Shown here: piece after piece, positions 1-10,715 of the stretch
Layout: each line of letters opens with the position of its first letter
Numbering within the stretch: position 1 is the stretch's first letter
From: Bigelowiella natans CCMP2755
Taxonomy: Eukaryota; Protista; Cercozoa
Assembly: GCA_000320545.1 (NCBI GenBank)
Contig: ADNK01002142.1
Location: 1-54,065 of the forward strand
Direction: 5' to 3'
Length of the DNA: 54,065 nt
Program-made: the position numbers and the translations under genes
Notes under the pieces: model-generated
Told to the model about the DNA's origin: nothing
What the model saw: only the letters and a program-made list of their open reading frames with translations
The model's database searches: none

Positions 1-195
1 TCTAACCCTAACCCTAACCCTAACCCTAACCCTAACCCTAACCCTAACCCTAACCCTAACCCTAACCCTAACCCTAACCCTAACCCTAACCCTAACCCTA
101 ACCCTAACCCTAACCCTAACCCTAACCCTAACCCTAACCCTAACCCTAACCCTAACCCTAACCCTAACCCTAACCCTAACCCTAACCCTAACCCT
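1..195 (-). repeat. Telomere (CCCTAA)n / (TTAGGG)n, left chromosome end
   Basis: About 32 perfect CCCTAA units running to the window edge. Confidence 0.99.
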
Positions 196-898
196 TGTCG
201 CAGCCCTGACTTGTTCTCCTTTGTTCACCCCTGGTCCCAATGCTGATCCCAGTGCTCATCCCAACCCTCACCCCAACCCTGGTCCAAACTCCTCACCAAA
301 AACCGTGACTGTGATCCTCATCCCAGCCCTGACTTGATGCCCTCACCACTTTTCGTGACCATGGTCCTTGCTTTTGCCCTGAGAAAAGCCCTGGTCGATT
401 TTGGCGACCAGTTTCCCTCACTTTGACCCTCACTTCGACCGTCACTTTGGTCGTCACTTTGGTCGTGGCCCAGGAGAAAACCCTGAATCACGATCCTGAC
501 CGTCATCGCGGTCCTCACTTTGGCCGTGATTTTGACCCTGATCCTGACCCTTGTCGCGGTGATCACTTTGGCCGTGATTTCAACCCTGATCCTGACCCTT
601 GTTGCAGCCCTGACTTGTTCTGCTCGTTTCACCCCTGGTCCCAATGCTGATCCCGGTGCTGATCCCAACCCTCACCCCAAGCCTGGTCCAAACTCCTCAC
701 CAAGAACCGTGACTCTGACCCTCATTCCAGCCCTGACCCGATGCCCTCACCACTTTCCATGACTTTGGCCCTCACTTTTGCCCTGAAATGAACCCTGGTC
801 AATTTTTGGGACCAGTTTTCCTCACTTTGGCCCTCACTTCGATCGTCACTTTGGTCGTGACTTTGGTCGTGGCCCAGGAGAAAACCCCAACCCGAACC
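196..898. repeat. Subtelomeric satellite, ~404-bp unit (about 1.7 copies) built of degenerate telomere-like hexamers
   Basis: cccttgtcgcagccctgacttgttc at ~192 recurs at ~596, and cccaggagaaaaccc occurs at 469 and 873. Hexamers CCCTGA/CCCTCA/CCCCAA/CCCTGG; no TA. Confidence 0.85.
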
Positions 899-1315
899 TT
901 TCAGCAGGCTTGCGGCAGCTGCTTGGCTTTTGTGCGCGGGACTGTGCTGTTGATGTTCCAAAGTCAACACGCGGTCTCGTGTGCGTTTGGATTCTGATGA
1001 TGACTTGTGACTTGCGCTGCGTGCATGTGCGCATTGGGTTCCGGCGCATTCGCGAAGATTCTCGAATCTTCCAGAATTCTCTCGAATTCTCTGGAAGATT
1101 CTCGAAGCTTCCGGAATGCTCTCGAAGATTCTGGAAGATTCTCGAATCTTCCGGAATGTTCTCGAAGCTCCTGGAAGATTCTCGAAGCTTCTCGAAGATT
1201 CCCGAAGTTCTGAGAACTTCCATGCGCATGTGCGCAGCGCAGTGTGCAGCACGAGTGGACGTGCGCATGCTGCGACAGCTCCTTGATCGTGGGTGGCGCG
1301 GCCAGACCGCTGACA
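899..1315 (-). mobile_element. Orphan copia LTR of the same family as 10358-15936, diverged, with an expanded 10-bp array
   Basis: Aligns end to end with the 358-bp LTRs, with about 6 extra GAAnnTTCnn units. No TSD; the left flank keeps the aacc of the PBS side. Confidence 0.93.
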
Positions 1316-2361
1316 AAGAATTCACGAGAGTGGCACATGGAAGCACGAAACGTGAAAAAAGTTTGTGCTTCAGAGCAAAAATTGAACGCATTGAAACAAA
1401 TTGAGATGGTCATACAAACAGTTGAAAGAAGAAATGTGAACTGCTGACAGCGGGCACAATGCAAAGCATCGATCAAGTGCACCAAAACAAAACAATTCCA
1501 AAAAAAATCAAAAGGAGCAAGTGATGAAAACCTGAAACACGCAAGGTTCAAGTGCACTCAACGAACGTGAAAAAACGATGCATGTGTCCTGCACATTGTG
1601 CAGTGCCAGGGATTGTCTTGCTGCACAAAGTCAGACCGTTCCTGCCATTTCTCCATCGCGCGCACGCACACACACACGCACAGCTCCGCCATCAAACGAC
1701 CCGGTGACGACGGGGTTGTGAGCAGTGCAGCGCTTTGCGACGCGCTTTGAAGCAGCACGCAGTTGCAGTTGGTCAAAGAAAAGTCATCAGAACTTGTCCG
1801 ATGGCCAAACCTCAAAAAATGACCGAAGTGTTGACCCAAATGTCCCCTCTCAAGGCCTCAGTGAGCGCGCAAAGTGTGAAAATTCACACCCGTTGTGTGG
1901 AGGATGCACGCTGCGCGTTTGTTCTCTGCCACATTTTGAGTGCTTTTGCGCGTGTGTTTGACCAAGTGTGACATGCACGAAAAATTTCAAAGAAATGCGA
2001 GCAAATCCAATGTCCATCACATGTCACATGACGCGCTTGGTCGCGCGCAAAAGCTTCCAAATGCATGTTCTGGCGATTCGTTGCAGGTTTGACGGAGCTG
2101 TGCAAGAGATGGAGAGAAAGACGCCAACGGATCGTGCAAGCAAAGCAAGCGCAGTTTTGTTGTGCCTCAAAATCGAATGGTGCTGTCATTCACGATTTGT
2201 GTGGCATTGCGCAGTCTGCACACAACCAGACAACGCACATCGTGGGCAATCACAGCATGCGTGCACAGTGTGCCAGAATGCGCAACACACTCCTCGCTTT
2301 GCAGAATGTTCGTGAAAAGAAGTTTCTTTCTTCATTCAATTGTGACTAACACAATGATCTT

Positions 2362-3675
2362 TTAGCCAAATCGAAATTCAAATCCACCTCCTCCACCCCC
2401 TGGAAAACCGCCGCCCCGACCGCCACGACCACCAAAAAACATGTTGAACATCATGTTCGGATCCATGTGCATTCCTCCTGGGCCTTTGCAAAAATGATGT
2501 GAACACATTCACTCAATCTCAATTACGTTGTGAATCATTGGAACATTTTGTGGTCACACCTTCTTCAAGATCTTCCCCATTGTCGTATCGAGCTCTCTTT
2601 TGATCGTCCGAAAGCACCTCATAAGCTTCATTCACATCCTAGGTATTTTTTCATTCAAAAATTATAATAGCAGATAGCTGAGGACAATACCACCAATCTA
2701 CCTTAAACTTGGCTTCTGCTGCAGTCTTCTCCTCGTCCGTCTTGTCTACTTGCTGAATAAACAAAATTGACGACCATTTCGTTTAATACACACCGTTAGT
2801 TAGTCATCTATTTTCAATTCTGACATCATTTGAACCACCTTGTCAGGATGATACTTAAGTGCTGCAAGTCTGTAGGCTTTTTTGAGCTCTCTACCAGTGG
2901 CGCTTTGAGTCACACCTAAAATATGAAGAATAATCCTCCATTGGCATCTGTATACTTTTTAATTTGTTTCTAACAATGAAATCTAACAAGCGATATTCCC
3001 AAATCACCTAGAATTTTATAGTAATCCTTCCGTGCAGCCCGTTTTTGGGCCACAGTGGCCTTTCGAAGTCTTTGTCTGATTTCACGATTCCCTAAGAATG
3101 GGAGGAGGCCATATTTATTAACTATGAGGAAATCTACATTCTCCCTCTCTCATGAAAATCTCTGAATATCATCATCATACGTGGCTCAAGTTTGCTGGCC
3201 ATGTCCAGATCACGTACAGCCTTTGAATCACACACATAATAAATGAGCAGCAAGACGATTTTAAGGACATGTGATGATTATATTTACGCAACAAGTATAA
3301 TGATAAATAATAAGAACTACGTATGACGATATTACGCAACAAAAAAATGATAAATGATAAGAATTACATATTGACACACCTTCCGAACACACATACACAC
3401 ACACATATTCAACATGTATTGTATGCCTAAGATACCATCATACATACACACATACATACATACATACATACATACTACCCCATCGTGATTCCCGATTTCA
3501 GTGTAACACGTAGCTCGTCTGAGAAGTAATTTTAAGTTCTGATTGTCCACATCGAGGACGATGTTTAAATCTTCTAAAGCCTTCTCCCATTTACGCAGTT
3601 TCATATATGCAGACGCTCGATTTGAGTGCCTAAACAAAAACGAGAGAAAATTAGGAATTGTATATATTATCTACT

Positions 3676-3727
<52 letters not shown>

Positions 3728-4048
3728 GAGATCGATTGATCGAGATCTCCCCCTCCTCCTCACCTCTTTTTTCTTTTCAATTTAGTCTTGAATTATATCT
3801 TTACCCTCTCTTCCCTTGCACTACCAATACTACTACTACCACTACTACTACTACTTTATTAGTCATAGAAGAACATATCCCTTGCTACTACTACTACTAC
3901 TACTACTACTGTATCATCACTCATAGATGAGAACATACACGGCCTTCCCAAAGGCTTTATTGTCAGAATCAACGTTCAAAGCCTCCGTCCATGCTTTGAT
4001 AGCTTCGTCGTAATTACCTTGGAACAGCACACACACACACACACACTC

Positions 4049-4097
<49 letters not shown>

Positions 4098-4217
4098 AGA
4101 AAAAATGAAGCCGTCTTGTTCCACAAATCATCATCAAGTTTGACCTCCTCCCTTCCTCCTTCTGAATAATATTCGGTGTGTTGTGTGTGTGTATGTGTGC
4201 GTGTATGTGTGCGTGTA

Positions 4218-4259
<42 letters not shown>

Positions 4260-5437
4260 TGTGTGTGTGTGTGTGTATGTGTCGTCGTGAAACGAAAGGA
4301 GGAATAAGTCGTGGATGAAGGTGAAGAAGCAGCATTATCATATGAAGCAAGAAACAACCATAAACTATACTACCTTTTTTGCTGCATTCATCATATGAAG
4401 TAAAAACAACCACAACAACCTACTACCTTTTTTGAATTCATCATTCCCAAGGGATTTGCTCCTATCCATTTTCTTTATCATGCGGTACATGCCTTGTGAC
4501 TCCCTTATCATTATTTATTTATTTATTAGCGAGGAGGATAGAAGAAAAATAATATGAATCATATTAGTTTCAAATTGTTGCGAAATGCAACAAATCTTGA
4601 TCCATCTTCTCTTCTTATTCTTCTCAATTATTTGTCATCCTTTGTTATGTTGATATATTTCTTTTGCTGTACATATCTTACATACACAGCATCACATACG
4701 TCAGCTTCTTCTTCCTATTCTATGACTACGACAAGCTCATCATTACTCTGCTGCAGCAGCTACTACTATTACTACAACTACTAGTACACTACTTGTAGTC
4801 AGGGGCAGATTTTAAAACCATTTGGAAATGCCTTAAAGCCATAGCAGAATTACCTGATGTGAATGTATTAGAATTTACTTTAGTTTATTCACAAATTGCA
4901 GCAGAACAAGCAAGGAAGACGCAGATTGTTTGGGGAAAAGTACCCCCCGCCCCCCTCCCCAATCACCAACCGGTGTAATATTGCGCTACGCCTAACCCTA
5001 ACCCATCACCAACCGGTGTAATATTGCGCTACGCCTCTGAGATGAAGAATATGAATATTGGACTTATTCAAATGATACCTACCATATCACAACAAATGTT
5101 AAACAATTTGGATAAAATAGTATGCAATGGGGAACAAACAAAATGATAAAGACATTAATTTCAGTGTATATAATAAAATTATCATCATAATATTATATAA
5201 ACTTTGGACAACTACTACTACTACCATTCTGTAGCTTCCTTGAGAGCTTTTTGATATCTTTTGACACCAAGATATGTTCGGATCTTGATTATTCCAGATT
5301 CCAAATCACGGGTGACAAACTTTTCAAATCCAGGCAGTAACAGCATTGCCTTGTCGAAACTAAGAAGAAGAAGATGATGATAATGATGATGAATCGTACG
5401 CACGAGTAGAGCTACAAAATCACAACGAAAATGAGAT

Positions 5438-5481
<44 letters not shown>

Positions 5482-5860
5482 AAAATAGCAACCATCTCAT
5501 TATTCGAAACACAATTCAATTGATGGTGATGAGATTTTTACTAGTTCTTACTCATTTCAGTAATGATGAGTGATTAAAAAATGGATGTGGGAAAATTGAA
5601 GTATGTGATGAAGAAAATCTATAATCAAATGAGATAATAATACTTCTTGGCTTCAACAGCCTCTATTGCCTCTGATTTCCTGATGATACAACATATGTGC
5701 CAACAACATACAAACCATACACAGTATGAGCTGCTAAATTGATCAACAGATATTAGTAGAGTTCATTCATAAGAAGTATGGTCCTCCCTCCTCCTCCTCC
5801 TCCTCCTCCTCCTCCTCCTCATCATCATCATCCTCGCTGATTGATTCTTCAACTACTGTG

Positions 5861-5901
<41 letters not shown>

Positions 5902-6950
5902 AGCAGCACCTACCTCTTGACTATGGACTTAACTTTCTTCATTTCATTACGAATGTTGACGTCGTAGGGATTTGCTTTGTTCCCCTTCTTGAGGAGCATT
6001 TCAGCCTAAGAATTCATACGATTGTTGTTATGAAAATATCATCACCACCACCGCCACCATACCTGCTACACCACCAATAAATAGACAGAGAGCAGCTAAT
6101 TCCATTAAAAACGATGATCGAAATATCACTAGTGATACTACTACCACTACTACTACTACCTCTTCAAACTTTCCCATGTGACAGTAACTAGCTGATCCAC
6201 GCTGATAAGCCTAGTAGTAGTGAGAACAAATAATAAAGATAATCTATGCCACTAGTACTTTCACTTGGTGACGAGTCATACTGTTCAAATATCGTCAAAC
6301 GTCCTGCTGTGAGTACTACCGCACTTCTTCTTCTTTTACTACCTTCGCAAATTTGGGATCGATAATAGTGGCTTTTTCGCAATCAGCAGCAGCCTCAGCG
6401 TACTCATTCTAAGTTGTTGAAAAAATGCAACAAGTTGTTTGTACTATATATACTCTTGCATAAGAACTCGATTTACATGTAAAGTTTGATGGAAATCCAA
6501 AATGCCGTCTTCGTCATAATGTCTCTCTATTATACCAGTTTCATGTGTGCAGTAGCTCGGTTAGTGAAGAAAGTTTTGTCCTTTGCGTAGATATCTATTG
6601 CTTCCGTGTACAGGGCAATAGCTTGTCGATAATATCTTTCCTTGAATTTAACATTACCCTCCTACGTCGGAAATTGCATCAGTAGTTCAGACCGACAGGG
6701 AAGTAGCAGCACAAATCTTGCTTTTAGACTCAACAACACCCACCCACCTCTTTTTTTGACTCCGCGAGTTTTTGCGGGCTAACACTCGAAGAGCTGATAA
6801 TATCGATATTTTGGTAAAATTCAATTCACTTCAAGTAGAAAGTAAAGTAATGATTGTCCAGCAGCAGCAGCAGTAGCACCTTGTGGTAGTAGTAGCTTTG
6901 GCAGCATCCTCTGCTGCTTCGACTTCCATAGCACCAGCCGCCTTGTTCAT
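2362..6950 (-). CDS. DNAJC7: TPR + C-terminal J-domain co-chaperone, DNAJC7-like (multi-exon)
   Basis: Exons [101 protein letters not shown] and a G/F-rich tail [19 protein letters not shown]; GT-AG introns. Confidence 0.93.
4962..5036. repeat. 32-bp direct duplication flanking an 11-bp interstitial telomeric insert
   Basis: atcaccaaccggtgtaatattgcgctacgcct at 4962-4993 and 5005-5036, separated by aaccctaaccc. Confidence 0.9.
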
Positions 6951-8151
6951 TTTCGCAGTAGGTGGTGGTAGTAGTAGTACTCTGAATTATTTTGAGGAGC
7001 AGGGACAAAATACCAACTTGTTCATAAATCTATGAGGACAAGGAAGAAAGAAAACGAAGTTTTGAACCAGATTCTCCTCCTCCCTATGTTTGCGTGATCC
7101 AAGGGCTACGTAACCGAGTCTTTTGTGACAGAACAGCCTTCTAAGTTTTCAAAGTAAATATTATCAAAGGATTGTAACATCCTCTTCATATCTACATGAT
7201 ATAAGCGAAGGTGATAGGTCATAGATTTCGAATGCGAAGATGCCCAGCCACGTTCCGAGCTAATGTTTGTGAGTTAAGTCTTTATTTCCACATCTTTTTA
7301 CTCAAGGATTTTCAAACCCCCACATTCTCTGCTTCCCGCTACTACATATAGGCTCTACGACTCTTTCATGGATTATGATTTTATGATATCTATGGCAGAG
7401 GTTAGTCTACACCGTCTGTATGTTATGTTATGCCTTGTCTGCCCTGTCTGTCCGTCCTTCTTGTTGTTGCGTAGTTGCACACTGCTGTAAGAAGTTGCTG
7501 GCACTAGTCTACTACTACCGGCACTAATAATAAACACACACTATTGTCCTCCACTTGCTCATCGCGACAATAACCGACGTGTTAACCGAATGGGAAACCA
7601 TTCATAAATATCAGAAACTTGCAACCCAAATTCTTGCTTATTAAACAAAAACAATACAATTCTATCTCAACGTCTATGAAATATGCTGTTAAATAGCACA
7701 TTTCGGCATGTCGACAATTCCTAGTAATCCTAATGTTATCGCATGTGGTTTATTTCTTGCGACTAGAGTAAACTTGTAATTATTCTGGCAAGGGATAGTG
7801 CTCGTACGATTTCTCTGCTTCTCTCTGTTCGGAGAATTGCACTTTGTACTGTGTATCTCTCATGTCGTACTCCGAAATATCAAGTCGCACTTAAAAAAGG
7901 CCGAGCACTAAGACATCGTGACTGGATGGCCGATCCCCCCGTGTACCTCGACCCTAATTCGCATGCGGATACCGTTGATTAACCCTGACCTGTTTACGTG
8001 TTCACATTTGAGTAAAGAGACGATCTGTATTTCTAGGCGGTAAGGAATCTAGTTCGTGATGCCCGAATCCAACCTCAAAATTAAAGCCAAGCAAAAGGTA
8101 CCTACCAAAAACTGCCTTTTTCGTAAACTTTAATGAAGCTCGCCATTTCAG

Positions 8152-8987
8152 ATGCACCAGCATGCTGGATCATCCCCACCGCCTTCCCCTCCAACTATAC
8201 AGCACAGATTCGACTCCAAAACATCAAAATTTACCGCAAACGTGAAGACAATTGTCCCTCATGTCGAGGACCACGAATTCGAACTCCCCGGTAGTCATCA
8301 TCATTATTTACATTATACATGAGGGAATAATACAAGGCGGCGGCGGCGGCGGCGGCATTTAAATGGCCATGCATTCGAATTAATAATCAGGATCATCGAG
8401 ATCGCCTGTTATTCCAATGATTGCCGGGGCCATCGCCGGATCAATGGAACATCTTTGCATGTACCCTGTAGACACGGTACATCCCATCCACTCAGCCAAG
8501 AAGGCAATCTTCCAAAGTAGTAACCATTTCTTGCAATTGCTCTTATTCTCAGGTAAAAACTCGAATGCAAGCAATTCAACCAGGACAACCAGTTTACGCA
8601 AATGTTATCGATGGATTTGCTTCGATTGCAGCCAAAGAAGGTAGACATTGACGAAATCCGTTTATTTGATATTACTATGACTTAATCTATATTATAAAGG
8701 AATCCCAAGCTTGTATCGAGGTGTTTCAGCGATTGTTTGCGCTGCAATTCCTTCTCACGCAATATACTTTGCGACATATGAGGTCAGTGAGTTTTTTTTT
8801 ATACTGCTGCTTAGAGCAGAGAGAGCAATAACTTTGATTCATACAGTTCGTGAAAAAGTCGTTCGAAAACGACGGCCACCATGTCCATGCCATAGGGGGA
8901 GCGGTAGCCACTGCTGCACATGACGCTGTGGTCACACCTGTTGACGTAGTTAAGCAGAGACTCCAGTTGCATGGATCTAGATTTCAG

Positions 8988-9019
<32 letters not shown>

Positions 9020-9863
9020 CATTCTTGCTGCTATGTAGGATCTTGAGCAGTTCAACTGCTTTGGATATTCTCCATTTTGGAAATTAGTACTCTGATAGCT
9101 TCATGAGGTCCACAATCCCCGAAAGAATTTTTTTATTGATTCCTATTGAAGCAAACTATTTTGTTGACCACAAGATTTACATATCTTTACACTATGCAGA
9201 ATCCGAGGCAAGTTGTGAGATACATTATGCAAAACGAAGGAATCGGTGCATTTTATGCTTCATATCCAACAACATTGGTTACTACCCTCAATTATTTCCT
9301 TCAATTATACACCGCTTTACTCTACGGCTAAACAACCGTGGAAATGTTTTTGTAGGTTATGAATGTACCTTTCGTGTCTGCCCACTTTGTGACTTACGAA
9401 TTCCTGAAGGTTGGTTGACAGTAACGTATTTAATTGATGATTGTTGATAAAGCTGAGTGAGAACTTTTTGATGTGGTTCAGCGAAATATCTCGGAAACAT
9501 TTGATAAGAGCAACTTAAACCGTGACAGGTTCTATTTAGGAAATTCCTCTCTTGAAATTATGCCTCGTCTTGATCTGATCTTATGTAACTAGTCCATTGG
9601 TGCACATGCTGGCCGGAGGCGGAGCAGGAGCCTTAGGAGGACTAGTTAGCAATCCATTTGATGTGATTAAGACAAAGATACAAACAAATTCCCTTGGTAA
9701 CTCGCGAAGTTTATACAAGGCATTCAAGTTCATTCTTAGGAAGGAAGGCATTGCCGGATTTAGTCAAGGCTTATCTGCTCGAATATTGTATTTCATTCCT
9801 TCTGCAGCAATTTGTTGGACGACATACGAGGGCATGAAAAAACTTCTAAGTTTGAGTCTGTAG
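8152..9863 (+). CDS. MFRN: Mitochondrial carrier, mitoferrin (MRS3/4-like), multi-exon
   Basis: MIAGAIAGSMEHLCMYPVDT|VKTRMQ, AAIPSHAIYFATYE, AAHDAVVTPVDVVKQRLQ, FYASYPTTL..MNVPF, NPFDVIKTKIQ, PSAAICWTTYE: three PxDxxK repeats with mitoferrin motifs. Start codon tentative. Confidence 0.92.
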
Positions 9864-10357
9864 AAATAGCAACAATCTCCTGCATGAACGATATCATAAA
9901 AAACCATGACACAAACAAAAAATGTTAAATTGAACATGTTCAGTGAAATATTTCCATGTCGGGATGCAATGAACACATCAAAGCACCATGGCGTGTCCCT
10001 ATTCGTAGCAATCAGTAAATGCTACTTTGGCAGCTTCTAGACAGATCACTGATGACTAACAGTGATGCATGAATGCATGCTGGCTCGGTATCGTACCGCA
10101 CGTATCCCATGGGCATGCATGCGACCGGTCACAATGCACTGTGCACTAGTGTACGCGTCTAGATGTGAGCTTCATTTGATCGCACGGTGCTAAGGACCAA
10201 AACTACATGCTAGAACCTCGCCATGACTAGATGGCTGCGTGCCGAGAATTCGATTCATTTCGATTCACTTCTGCGTTGCCCACCGAGCATGCTAGCATGT
10301 GCACTGTGTGTGCTAGTGTGGCGATGTGGCATGGCGTGGCTCACTTCTATGTCCTAG

Positions 10358-10715
10358 TTTTAGCGGACTAGCGGTAGCTGTTTGGCTTTTGTGCGCGGGA
10401 CTGTGCTGTTGATGTTGGAAAGTCAACACGCGGTCTCGTGTGCTTTTGGATTCTGATGATGACTTGTGACTTGCGCTGCACGCATGTGCGCATTGGGTTC
10501 CGGCGCATTCGCGAAGATTCTCGAATCTTCCAGAATTCTCTCGAATTCTCTCGAGTGTTTCTGGAAGGTTCTCGAAGCTTCCGGAATGTTCTCGAAGATT
10601 CTGGAAGTTCTGAGAACTTCCATGCGCATGTGCGCAGCGCAGCGTGCAGCACGAGTGGACGTGCGCATGCTGCGACAGCTCCTTGATCGTGGGTGGCGCG
10701 GCCAGACCGCTGACA
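10358..10715 (-). repeat. 3' LTR (TGTCAGCGG...CCGCTAAAA)
   Basis: Direct repeat of 15579-15936, preceded on the minus strand by the PPT. Confidence 0.96.

Noticed and set aside
1049-1220. CRISPR-like or coding repeat in the LTR
   Set aside because: Contiguous 10-bp units without unique spacers; eukaryotic context; no cas genes
191-2346. CpG-methylation decay or fungal RIP as the cause of the composition
   Set aside because: CpG is abundant and TpA is lost rather than gained
318-2365. Dense overlapping ORFs in all six frames
   Set aside because: Artefact of TA absence, which removes TAA/TAG stops on both strands; products are repetitive or C/H-rich with no recognisable domains
7100-8050. 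Additional gene between DNAJC7 and mitoferrin
   Set aside because: Splice-like signals are present but I could not build a coherent reading frame
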